Virus record (IMG/VR): IMGVR_UViG_3300032799_000664
Span: 1 to 64,000 of that record
Length of the DNA: 64,000 nucleotides
Strand: one strand, 5' to 3'
DNA from: a virus
In this document: in pieces, positions 53,218 to 62,476 of the stretch
Layout of the letters: the number at the start of each line of letters is the position of its first letter
Numbering within the stretch: position 1 is the first letter of the stretch
The notes under the pieces: model-generated
What the model was told of the DNA's origin: nothing
Seen by the model: only the letters and a program-made list of their open reading frames with translations
The model's database searches: none
Program-made: the position numbers and the translations under genes

Positions 53218-56200
53218 TGCCGACGTCGCTTGACGATCGTTCCACCTCGTTGCTGCGTGGGCTCAGCGACTTCTGGACCCGCTTCTTCGCAGATACGCCC
53301 ACGCTGGAGGGGTTGTTCAACGCGTCTGAGATCCAGCTATCTCAGGCGTACTTCGACATCCTGCAGTCGTTCCTTGGTATCTCGGTCCAGGACGTACCCC
53401 TCTTTCGCAAGGAGCTGTTCAAGCTCCTGACCATCCGGGAAGATCACGTGACGTTCCGCGAAGCCGCTAACCCGGGCGCTTCTCGCTCCGTCTACGTATT
53501 GGCCGAGGCTATCACCGCGATTCCAGCCCTGCAGAACAAGGTCTTCGCGCCCACTGCCGCACTGGTGCCCAGCACCGACTACGATCTCAACGCGGGGAAC
53601 TACGAGCTGCAGCTGGCCGTGGATCCCACCGGTAGCGTCGGCCGTACGCTCGGAACCAGTGCCGCGGCTTCGCTGTTGACCTATGGCACCGGAGCACTGA
53701 CGCGCTGCTACGTGACCGAGGGAACACCATTCACTGACGCCAAACCCGGCCACTGGGTTCGCCTCCTCAATAGTTCCGCTGGCAACAACCGGACGTACCG
53801 GGTCGCAGAAGTCATCGATGCACAAGCTGTGTTGCTGGCAGGTACCATCACCCTGCCGGACCCCAGCAGCGGATCGCTGCAAGCCACGTTGCTCGATTCT
53901 GAGTTTGCCCCGGTAGCCGGTTTCGCCAAGCGTGCGTTGACCGTCGTCGTAGGCGGTAGTTTCGACGACGCGGCTCGACGACTACGTGACGCAGAGCAGA
54001 GTTCTTGGGCGGCCGACTGGCCGATCGGGCTGGGCATACGCAAGGGCGACATCTTGCGGGTGCTCGACCAGAGTGCGGTGCCGGTGGCGCCAGTCGACTA
54101 CAACATCATCCTGGTACGACACGAACGCTGCTACTTGTCGGCGCAGACCCCACTCTCCAGTAGCACTGGTCCTCAGCTGAACGACGCCGGTCGGACTGTG
54201 ACTGCGGACCCCATCACCGATCGCGTCACGTTGGCTACACACGGCTTTGCGATTGACACGCGGGTGATGTTGACCACGACGGGAACGATGCCCGGCGGGT
54301 TGATTGCAGGGCGCTTCTACTACGTGCGGGAACCGACCAGTGGTGACTTCAAGCTAGCTGCGAACGCGGGTAGCGGCGTCCTCATCGACATCACCAGTGT
54401 GGGCACCGGCACGCTCACCGTCTATGGCACCCAGGACGGCGTCACGCCCCGACTGGTGCGGGACTACGTCATCTTGCGACAACCGCCGAACGCGGAGATG
54501 ATCGAAGAACCGGTGATCTTCACTGAGACAGGCGTTCCTAAGACTGGTGGTGCAGGGCAGCTGATCAACGACTTGCTGTTGGGTCCCTGTCTCTTCGACA
54601 CGGGCGCGGCCTTCGACGCTGGTGACCGACAACGTTTCGTGACGATCTCCGGCAGTGCCACGATCACCTGCACGGCAGACTTGAGCTATGGCAACGTGTT
54701 GACCCGCACTGGCGGGATGCAACAACCGTTCGCCCGTTCGTCTGTCGGCGGTCAAGCAGAGATCACCACAGGTACACAGATCGGCATCTACTTCATTCAG
54801 TCCATCGCCGCAGACGGTAACAGCGTCGTACTCGATGGCAGTCCCTTCACACCAGAACCCGGTGTGTCGGTCGAGATTCAAGTCGTCACGAACAGCGGCA
54901 CGTACCGCATCCGCAAGGTGGGTGGTTCGGGTAAGCACTTGGTGTTGGACCAGCTGTTCGGGTATCCCGACGCCAACAACGGCACGCTCTCCTGGCGCGT
55001 TCACGACGGCTATCAGACTGCACTGGTGCACACCCGCGTGGTGCGTGGCAGTGCTCAGCTCGCTGCCAGCATCGGTGACGCAGACACGGGCGGGGTTCAC
55101 GAACCCCGCTTCAGTGAAGACTACACCGTCGATTACGAAGCCGGCATGCTTCTCCAGATAGGTCGATTGGCGGGGTTGTGGGGCCTCGACGCCACCGACA
55201 AGGTCTGCACGGCTGACGCCGCCACTGACCTCCTAACGGCCACCGGACATGGCTTCAGCGATACCAACGATGTTGTCTTCTGGACGCCAGGTGTCCTGCC
55301 GCAGGGTCTCACCGCCGGGACGAAATACGTGCGCGATGCGGCGCTCAACACGTTCCGCGTAGCTGATACCATCGGTGGTACCGCCATCGACTTGCTCGAC
55401 GCTGGCAGCAGCACGCTGCATGTCCGGCGCGCCGGTGGTCATGCCCTCGTGCTCGCCACGTACACCTGGCTGCAGGAGGTCATACCCGAAGTCACGGCCG
55501 CTACGGCCGCCCTGTACCCCGACGAAACCGAAACTGACGTCGCCGAGATTGCCTTCTGGATCCCTGACGCCCAGTTAGACCTGTTCCGGCTCTACGATAA
55601 CTTCGGCTACCTCATCGGTCGCTTCCAAGCTTCGAGCGAAGCCTACCGGCAGTTCATTCGCGGAGTCTTCCAGCTCTACCTACTGGGACCGACGCTCGAG
55701 CGTATCGAATCGGCACTCAACGTCATCTGTGCGCTGCCGGTAGTTCGTGATGACGGTGAAACGCTGGTGTCCTACGAAGCGGTGGGCACCATCAGTGACG
55801 ACCCCGACCACGCGCGAATCACCACCCGACGTCCCGACGGCAACCTGGCGCGTTACCTATTCCCGGCAGGAACCCCTATCCGGAGCGACATCAGCAGCTA
55901 CGTACCTGGCACCAGTGCAGCGATCTCCTTCTTGTCCTTCGAAGCCTTCACCGAGCTGTTCCAGGTTGTCGATTGGACGGAAGACGCGCTGTGGTGGGAC
56001 AGCATCATCGTGCCACAATCGCTCATGCCAGGTGAATCGACGGCTCGCCGCACAACGGTGCCGGTGCTCTACGAGAACACCATCGGGCAGATCGACGATC
56101 CACACATCGGCGACCCCGGGTTCTTCATCGGGGCTGACGATGATGGCATCGTACCGCCCTGGTCTGTAGCGGGAGGTTGGTCTTCGGGTACGGCGCTGGC

Positions 56201-56960
56201 GTTCCCATTCGCACCTTCATTCGGTGGCGTCGGCGTGTATGTCGCAGCGCCGGCGTTGCGGCGCAAGATGGCCAACGTCGTCGTCGACAAGTACATCAAG
56301 CGGAACTTCTTCTACGTCCACTTCGACGCGGCTCTCTCGGTGCTCTTCCCGTCGGACTTCATCAATGACCTGCGCGACCTGGTGCTGATTGCCAAGCCGG
56401 GCTACACGATGGTCTACGTCGAACCGGCCAGCCACTTTGTCGACGTAATGCAGATGAGCGAACAAGCGTTGATCTTCGCCGGCGATCTGTCGTTAGCAGA
56501 TGCCGCCCCGGTAGGTCCAGAGCGCCCACTCCTCATCGGGGGCCAGTGGAACATCGGTGACAGCTTCCGTCACGAAGCGGCACTGCTGAGCCAGGCGCTA
56601 CTAACGGCCGATGGCGCGAACATTCCGGCGCCGGTGACGCTCGCCCATGACCACCTGACGCTGCAACGCGTCGTCTGCCCCGGAGCCCCGGTTCTGGAAG
56701 ACACCGATTACACCGTGAACTACTTCACCGGAGTAGTCACCCCGATCACCGTCTGGCCCCTCGGCGTCTACACCATCGACTACAGCTACTGGACCATCAC
56801 GCCGGCCGCCAGTGCCGATCCGGCCGATGGTGACACCCCCTACATGATCGGGGGCCAAGAGCTCTGGTTCGGCAACCTCGGAGCCAAGCTCTACGGTGAC
56901 GTGAAGACGCCGGTGTTGACCGAGCAACCCCTACAGATCGCGGCGGTTCCAGCCCCATGA
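53217..56960 (+). CDS. large baseplate wedge/structural protein (1247 aa)
   Basis: TGATG-coupled to the J-like gene; NFGYL...GPTL..IESALN and AKPGYT motifs; two internal beta repeats. Confidence 0.65.
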   Translation: MPTSLDDRSTSLLRGLSDFWTRFFADTPTLEGLFNASEIQLSQAYFDILQSFLGISVQDVPLFRKELFKLLTIREDHVTFREAANPGASRSVYVLAEAITAIPALQNKVFAPTAALVPSTDYDLNAGNYELQLAVDPTGSVGRTLGTSAAASLLTYGTGALTRCYVTEGTPFTDAKPGHWVRLLNSSAGNNRTYRVAEVIDAQAVLLAGTITLPDPSSGSLQATLLDSEFAPVAGFAKRALTVVVGGSFDDAARRLRDAEQSSWAADWPIGLGIRKGDILRVLDQSAVPVAPVDYNIILVRHERCYLSAQTPLSSSTGPQLNDAGRTVTADPITDRVTLATHGFAIDTRVMLTTTGTMPGGLIAGRFYYVREPTSGDFKLAANAGSGVLIDITSVGTGTLTVYGTQDGVTPRLVRDYVILRQPPNAEMIEEPVIFTETGVPKTGGAGQLINDLLLGPCLFDTGAAFDAGDRQRFVTISGSATITCTADLSYGNVLTRTGGMQQPFARSSVGGQAEITTGTQIGIYFIQSIAADGNSVVLDGSPFTPEPGVSVEIQVVTNSGTYRIRKVGGSGKHLVLDQLFGYPDANNGTLSWRVHDGYQTALVHTRVVRGSAQLAASIGDADTGGVHEPRFSEDYTVDYEAGMLLQIGRLAGLWGLDATDKVCTADAATDLLTATGHGFSDTNDVVFWTPGVLPQGLTAGTKYVRDAALNTFRVADTIGGTAIDLLDAGSSTLHVRRAGGHALVLATYTWLQEVIPEVTAATAALYPDETETDVAEIAFWIPDAQLDLFRLYDNFGYLIGRFQASSEAYRQFIRGVFQLYLLGPTLERIESALNVICALPVVRDDGETLVSYEAVGTISDDPDHARITTRRPDGNLARYLFPAGTPIRSDISSYVPGTSAAISFLSFEAFTELFQVVDWTEDALWWDSIIVPQSLMPGESTARRTTVPVLYENTIGQIDDPHIGDPGFFIGADDDGIVPPWSVAGGWSSGTALAFPFAPSFGGVGVYVAAPALRRKMANVVVDKYIKRNFFYVHFDAALSVLFPSDFINDLRDLVLIAKPGYTMVYVEPASHFVDVMQMSEQALIFAGDLSLADAAPVGPERPLLIGGQWNIGDSFRHEAALLSQALLTADGANIPAPVTLAHDHLTLQRVVCPGAPVLEDTDYTVNYFTGVVTPITVWPLGVYTIDYSYWTITPAASADPADGDTPYMIGGQELWFGNLGAKLYGDVKTPVLTEQPLQIAAVPAP

Positions 56961-56996
56961 TCTTCTGTGGTAGCATCCTCATCCAGGAGCGCTGAC

Positions 56997-57533
56997 ATGC
57001 AGCCTCGTGCGCGTGCGCTGAACTTTCGATCGAGCTTGAAGATCATCGGTACGCTGACCATCCACGCTATCGACGTTCGCACCGGCAACGTCGTCTGGAC
57101 GTTCCACAAGCGGAACACCATCGTCTACGACGCCAGCAACATCGTGCGTTCGCTCCTAGCGCAGCGCACGCCGGTCACCGATCCGGCGCCCGCCGAGTAC
57201 TCCTGGGGTTCGATGCGGTTCGGGACCAGTGGTACGGTGCCGACGCGCTACGACACCAACCTGTTGGCCGAAGTTAGCAGCGCGCGCAAACAACTGACCG
57301 ACGCCAAGAAGGTCAACGGCATCACTGGCGAAATCACGTTGCAAGCGACGCTCGACACTGGTGACGCCAACGGCTACACCCTGCGAGAAGCGGGCGTCTT
57401 CACGCAGAGCACGCTGTGGAGTGCCGACGTGGGCGGCACGCTCAAGATGTTCTCCCGGCAGGTGCATCCGGCGTACGAAAAGACCTCCGCGCTCCGGCTG
57501 GAGTACGGCTGGACGATGCAATTTACGGCGTAA
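56997..57533 (+). CDS. tail fibre attachment / collar-like protein
   Basis: AGGAG RBS; NTIV...MRFGTSG.VPT..DT.L...ANGYTLREAGVF pattern. Confidence 0.65.
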   Translation: MQPRARALNFRSSLKIIGTLTIHAIDVRTGNVVWTFHKRNTIVYDASNIVRSLLAQRTPVTDPAPAEYSWGSMRFGTSGTVPTRYDTNLLAEVSSARKQLTDAKKVNGITGEITLQATLDTGDANGYTLREAGVFTQSTLWSADVGGTLKMFSRQVHPAYEKTSALRLEYGWTMQFTA

Positions 57534-57548
57534 AGAAAAGGGCGAGCA

Positions 57549-59630
57549 ATGCTCTACAACGACGTCGACTTCCGCAACGGCAGTGACACCGGTGAACCGG
57601 AGGCAGCTGCCATCCAGCCCTACAACGACGGCGAACCGGCCGGGCAGGGCATTTTTCGTCGGCCGGTAGAGAATACGCGCAGCCGCAGTGATTTGTTACG
57701 GCAAGTCTTGCGCGAGCATCTCGTCCTGCGCGACTTGCAGCAGGTCTTGCTGGTGGGCGGTGGAACCTTCACGTTCGGCGGGGCCAAGCCGACCTACACC
57801 GGCGTCTTCACGACCACTGCAGATCTCGAGGTTCGTCCGTTCGCCACGCCCGGTGCGGATGCTTCACCCTACACCGTTTCGACGAAGGCTTCAGTGCTCG
57901 TCGGTAGCGTCGACGTCATCAAGTTCGAGTCGAAGTACAAGCAGTGGCAGGACCCCGGTGCCGATCCCGACATCGCTGCCGAAGCGGACATGATCTCGGT
58001 GGAGATCGTGCACACGGGAGTCCTCTCCGTCGCAGTGCAGGGCGCGGCCGGACAGCAGAACAACGTCTACGTCACCATCAACTACGGCACGACCACCTGC
58101 CAGGAAGTCATCGACGCTGTCAACGTGCACACCGGCGCCAACAAGCTGGTCGTGGCTTCACTGGCCAGTGGCACCAACACGAACCCAGCGTCGAAGTTCA
58201 GCACCGCCGAGTGGGGCTCCGACTGGTCAGTGCGCTTCTTGCGCGGGGGCGCCCCAGGACTGCTCCACGTCATCACCTCGGCCGTGCTCGCCACGTTCTT
58301 CGCGGCGCACGTAGACAACCCGCTGCGAAAGGGCGACACCCTCGCGATCTGGTACGACCAGCTCATCGAGCTGAGCCCAGTCGCACCACCGCCCGGTGGC
58401 CGGCTGCAGAGCACCCCCGAGAACAGCAACTACTCGATCCCGGCGGGATCGCTGTTCAACACGCGGCGGGAGCCGGAGAAGATCCCGAACTGCGTTCCGA
58501 TCTGCAAGTGCGTTGACGACAACACCATCATCTTCGTCGACGGTTCGCGCATCACCCGCACGACGGCAGCGACGCTGTGGTGGGACAGCGCGCACCTCGT
58601 CGGTGGTAGCAGCTCGCTTATCAGCATCTCAGGTTGGGCGCGCTTACACACGACGCCATGTCCACACGTACCGCCAACGACGGTGCAGGACGCCCTCGAC
58701 AACGCCGACAAACTATTCGACGTTGCCCTGGATGAAATCGAAGCCGCTCGCGGTGGTGAGACGGACCTGCTCACCAACATCTCGAAGCGCATTCCGCGCG
58801 CTGGTGCCACGGACATCAGCGGTGCACTGATCTCGAACAACAGCAGTGACCTCGGTGGCAGCAGTACACGCTGGGGTACGGCCTACGCCAACAATCTGAA
58901 CTTCGACACCGATCTCACCCCCGGTGCCAGTGCCAAGGTCAACGGTCATCTCATCCCCAAGACCGACAACGCTGATGACTTGGGTGACGGAACCTACGGT
59001 TGGCGCAACTTCTACATCAAGGGCAACATCGTCGGCGGCGTCAACAGTCGTTTCGCTGGCAGCGTGTGGTCACCGAACAGCGACGGCCTCATTAACATGG
59101 GCAGCGGCGTCGCGAAGTGGGGAATCGGCTACTTCGCCAATCTCAAGTCATATCTGGCAACGCCCGCAGCTGACGAAGACGTCATCCGGCTTGCGACCTA
59201 TCGAGAAGGGGCGCAGCGCGTTGCCGATGCGGGCCTCAGTGTCGCTGACGACACGTATGTCAGTCTCGTCGCAGCTGATTGGAACGCGTCAAGTGTCGAC
59301 AAGTTCGACCACGGCAGCTACATCAGCGGGGATGGCATCGCGTTGCCCGCTGACAATCGACGCTGGAAGATTTCGTTGCTAGTCGCGTGGCTGGGAGCAG
59401 CACCAGGCGCCGACTATTTCTTCTCAGCTGCAGTCCGCTTCGCCGGTGCTTTGACACTCATGTCGGTAGTCATTCCGCCGGCCAACGGTGGCTACGGTGT
59501 CACGCTCTACGTGTCGAAAATCATAAAGGCTGCGGCGGCTGGTGAGCTTACAGTTCGCCTGCGCCAGAAGAGTGGCGCTAGCAATACTGCAACGAATGTA
59601 GTCCTCAGTGCAATTCCAACGCTCTACTGA
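57549..59630 (+). CDS. putative tail fibre protein
   Basis: Last gene of the tail module; three DLG....W...Y repeats (DLGGSSTRWG, DLGDGTYGWR, NMGSGVAKWG); beta-rich C-terminus. Confidence 0.65.
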   Translation: MLYNDVDFRNGSDTGEPEAAAIQPYNDGEPAGQGIFRRPVENTRSRSDLLRQVLREHLVLRDLQQVLLVGGGTFTFGGAKPTYTGVFTTTADLEVRPFATPGADASPYTVSTKASVLVGSVDVIKFESKYKQWQDPGADPDIAAEADMISVEIVHTGVLSVAVQGAAGQQNNVYVTINYGTTTCQEVIDAVNVHTGANKLVVASLASGTNTNPASKFSTAEWGSDWSVRFLRGGAPGLLHVITSAVLATFFAAHVDNPLRKGDTLAIWYDQLIELSPVAPPPGGRLQSTPENSNYSIPAGSLFNTRREPEKIPNCVPICKCVDDNTIIFVDGSRITRTTAATLWWDSAHLVGGSSSLISISGWARLHTTPCPHVPPTTVQDALDNADKLFDVALDEIEAARGGETDLLTNISKRIPRAGATDISGALISNNSSDLGGSSTRWGTAYANNLNFDTDLTPGASAKVNGHLIPKTDNADDLGDGTYGWRNFYIKGNIVGGVNSRFAGSVWSPNSDGLINMGSGVAKWGIGYFANLKSYLATPAADEDVIRLATYREGAQRVADAGLSVADDTYVSLVAADWNASSVDKFDHGSYISGDGIALPADNRRWKISLLVAWLGAAPGADYFFSAAVRFAGALTLMSVVIPPANGGYGVTLYVSKIIKAAAAGELTVRLRQKSGASNTATNVVLSAIPTLY

Positions 59631-59921
59631 TCAAGAGACGTTCTGAGCGACGCTCTCGCCTCCGCCCCCCACCACCTGACACCGGAACTCGACGAACTTC
59701 ATCCGCTGCTTTCCCTGGAAGAACTCGACGATCACGCCGGCCGCGCACTCGCCCTTGACGAGTGGGTTCTCCATGAACGGGTAGAGCTCACGCACGACGA
59801 CGCGATCGTAGAAGGGGTGATTCTCGGGACGGTACTCACCGTAGCCGAGCGAGAGGTAGTACTGCGCGATGTGCTTGAAGACGAAGGTGAGACCGAGACG
59901 CCGTTCCGCGGGGACTTTCAC
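59631..59921 (-). CDS. hypothetical protein
   Basis: GTGA-coupled to the amidase; GAGG RBS. Confidence 0.6.
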   Translation of the reverse strand: MKVPAERRLGLTFVFKHIAQYYLSLGYGEYRPENHPFYDRVVVRELYPFMENPLVKGECAAGVIVEFFQGKQRMKFVEFRCQVVGGGGESVAQNVS

Positions 59922-60928
59922 GCGACCTCGACGACCTGGCAGCCGGGCAGATTCTCGAGGACGTACTGCCAGACCGTGTACATCCCCGGGTCGCACTTAT
60001 TGTTGTCCTGGTGGTAGTGGCCGCAGATACCCTTGAAGCCGCCCACGTTCCACTTGTCGCCGGTCGGCGGGAAGTAGCTGTTGGCGACGCTCTTCCAGAT
60101 CTCTGGCGGGCCGAAGTCACCGAGCTTGCCCTTGTAGGCCGGGAGCTGGCGGGGGATGGGGGTGGCGTCGCAGACCCAGTCCAGCAGCTTGACCAAGCCC
60201 TGGAGCTGAACGGCATAGAAGTCGAGGATCTCGTGCGTGTCTCCGCGCACGAACATCTTGGTGAGCGGCCGGGGCGGCTGGCAGCGCTTGTTGCGCTCCG
60301 GCAGGACGGGGTTGGCGACCTCGACCCCCCAGGCGCGCCGGTTGACCCGGCCGGCGTGCCAACAGGTGGCGTGGGCTGGATCTACCGTCTGCCAGATGGT
60401 GGCGTCGCAGTCCTCCATGAAGAGGACCGAGAGCTTCCGCGAGCGTAGGACGTCGAAGCACTGGTGCGAGTCCATGCAGCCGTCCCAGTGCACGACGAAG
60501 AGGTCGGGGTTGAGCAGAGCCTCGTCGTAGAAGCCCTGGTCGAAGGCGAGGGCGCCCGGCTCATCCGGGGTCACCACTCGGAGCCCTTCGCTGTCGACCT
60601 TGATGCCGTTGATGAGGAAGTAGTCCTTGCCTGGGGGCGCCTCGAAGACGTCGGCCTGGATGGCCTTGTTGGTCTTCGGCCCACAGACGCCGTCCGGCTC
60701 GAACCCGGTGTTGGAGAGCTGCCACTGCCGGATGTCCTCGGCGAACTGAGCGGAGTCCGGGTCAGCCTTCGAGACCTGATCTCCGGCCCAGTCGTCGGCG
60801 AGCTGGTGCCACCAGTAGACGTTCTGGGTGGTGGCGGTGTTGAGCTGCTCCTGCGACAGCGAATCGTCGGAGAGCAGCTCAGCGCGTTTGTGGGAATCGG
60901 TGATGTACGAAGTGTCGAGCCAGCTCAT
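59918..60928 (-). CDS. N-acetylmuramoyl-L-alanine amidase (endolysin) with PG-binding domain
   Basis: WQ...G...DGVCGPKT; VVHWD, WHAG, GVEV, GHYH and KCDPG motifs; start MSWLDT. Confidence 0.85.
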   Translation of the reverse strand: MSWLDTSYITDSHKRAELLSDDSLSQEQLNTATTQNVYWWHQLADDWAGDQVSKADPDSAQFAEDIRQWQLSNTGFEPDGVCGPKTNKAIQADVFEAPPGKDYFLINGIKVDSEGLRVVTPDEPGALAFDQGFYDEALLNPDLFVVHWDGCMDSHQCFDVLRSRKLSVLFMEDCDATIWQTVDPAHATCWHAGRVNRRAWGVEVANPVLPERNKRCQPPRPLTKMFVRGDTHEILDFYAVQLQGLVKLLDWVCDATPIPRQLPAYKGKLGDFGPPEIWKSVANSYFPPTGDKWNVGGFKGICGHYHQDNNKCDPGMYTVWQYVLENLPGCQVVEVA

Positions 60929-60929
60929 G

Positions 60930-61688
60930 TCACACGCCCGTGGCCATGCGGACGGTCCAAAAATCGTCGGCCAGCCAGGTCTCGACGTACTTGTAGGGCA
61001 AGTAGCCGAAGCCCTTGTCGCCCCAGGCGGTGCCCCAGCTGTTCTCGAACTTGAGGAGCTTAGTGATGTCGCTGTAGCCGACGAAGAGGACGGCGTGGCC
61101 ACCAACGTAGCCCTCACCCGGCGCTGGGTACTTGACGATGCCGGTCCGGCTCGTCTCCTCGCTCTCGAGGCTCTCGGGACAGGTGAAGCCACCAAGGAGG
61201 GGAAAGCCCTGGGCCAGGCAGACCTTGATCGAGTACAGGCTAGGGCAGCGCCAGTACTGGGTGATGAGATGCTGCTTAGCTTCGGTGATCTGCTTGGGCT
61301 GTGGCGGCTTCTCGAAGTCCTCGGTCTTGTATGGCCAGGTTGCTTCGTGGCAGACCCCATACTTGGCCAGGGTCTTCATCACGTCGCGGTTCTGGGCGCC
61401 TACGTCACCCTCCACATGCTCCATCCAGTGGCGGACAGCGTAGTAGAGGAAGAGGCGGCTGAGCTCGGTCACCGGGCGGCCCAGCTTGATGGCCACGTAC
61501 TCCATCGCCGAGGTGCCGGCGTTGCAGGTACACGAGCCCAGGCTGCTCTGATCCTCGATGCGGGGCAACTTGCCCTTCGAGAGATCGACTTCGCGGGTGA
61601 GCTTGAACCAGGCCATGAGGCCCGGCTTGAACTCCTGGTCACGGAGGTCTCGTCGGTCCTTCTTCCAGCCGGTGAGGTTGTGCTTCAT
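60930..61688 (-). CDS. papain-like C1 family cysteine peptidase
   Basis: DQSSLGSC, LSRLFLYY, GGHAVLFVGY and ENSWG..WG..GFGYLPY motifs. Confidence 0.92.
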   Translation of the reverse strand: MKHNLTGWKKDRRDLRDQEFKPGLMAWFKLTREVDLSKGKLPRIEDQSSLGSCTCNAGTSAMEYVAIKLGRPVTELSRLFLYYAVRHWMEHVEGDVGAQNRDVMKTLAKYGVCHEATWPYKTEDFEKPPQPKQITEAKQHLITQYWRCPSLYSIKVCLAQGFPLLGGFTCPESLESEETSRTGIVKYPAPGEGYVGGHAVLFVGYSDITKLLKFENSWGTAWGDKGFGYLPYKYVETWLADDFWTVRMATGV

Positions 61689-61696
61689 GGCCGCCC

Positions 61697-62143
61697 CTAC
61701 TTCTTGAACTCGATGCGGTAGAGCTTCTTGCCGTCCTGGCTCTTGACCTCGCTCAGGTATTTCTGGATACGTATCTGGGCATCGGCCGGCGTGGTCTTCA
61801 TCTTGATGAGGTAGTGGGTGTCGACCGGTCCAGCCTTCATGCTCAGGTTCTGAACCTCTTGGCCGGTCTGCTGCAGGGCGCACGCCAAGGCATCGATGCC
61901 CATTCCCTTGAGCGTGTCGAGCAGGACCATCCAATTGGTGCCGCCGCTGGTGATGATGGCAATGACGGCGGGCAGCAACTCGACGGCCTGGGTCTTGACT
62001 GCCTCGATGGCGCAGTCGATGACCAGGGTGGCGATCTGGCCGGGCTTGCTCTTGCAGTCGCCGCGGAAGACGCAGCAAGAGCTGAGGGTGAGGCAGAAGA
62101 TCGGAACGATGAGCATCAGAGCGAGCTTGCGAATCGGACGCAT
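61697..62143 (-). CDS. putative lipoprotein
   Basis: MRPIRK, hydrophobic stretch, LSSC lipobox; GGAGG RBS. Confidence 0.7.
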   Translation of the reverse strand: MRPIRKLALMLIVPIFCLTLSSCCVFRGDCKSKPGQIATLVIDCAIEAVKTQAVELLPAVIAIITSGGTNWMVLLDTLKGMGIDALACALQQTGQEVQNLSMKAGPVDTHYLIKMKTTPADAQIRIQKYLSEVKSQDGKKLYRIEFKK

Positions 62144-62154
62144 GGTCAACCTCC

Positions 62155-62169
62155 CTTTACCAGGTAAAG
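62155..62169. promoter_or_regulatory. palindrome CTTTAC-CAG-GTAAAG
   Basis: Between the terminator and the RBS of the lipoprotein gene. Confidence 0.6.
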
Positions 62170-62204
62170 AAAAAAGGGGCGCGACGAATCGCATCAACGC
62201 CCCT
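62170..62204 (-). terminator. intrinsic terminator
   Basis: AGGGGCG/CGCCCCT stem followed by a T-run on the minus strand. Confidence 0.6.
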
Positions 62205-62235
62205 ATCCTAGTTGACGAGCTTATCTCATCGTCAA

Positions 62236-62469
62236 CTAGGTCTCAACCGGGAAGAACTGGAAATACTCCCACTGAGGACACATGACGGCGTCTTCGGTGG
62301 CCAGCCGGCGCAAGGTGAGTTGGATCTTCTTCGCCTGCTGCTGACACTTGACGCAGACCGTGGCGACGGTCTGCTCACCTTGCCGCATGATGAGTGCCTG
62401 GGAAGCGGCGCTCATGGGGATGGGTTCACGACAGTTGCTGCAATCGGCGTAGTTGTAGTCCTTGGCCAT
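62236..62469 (-). CDS. small Zn-binding protein
   Basis: GAGGA RBS; CSNC...CVKC. Confidence 0.65.
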   Translation of the reverse strand: MAKDYNYADCSNCREPIPMSAASQALIMRQGEQTVATVCVKCQQQAKKIQLTLRRLATEDAVMCPQWEYFQFFPVET

Positions 62470-62476
62470 GGTTTCC

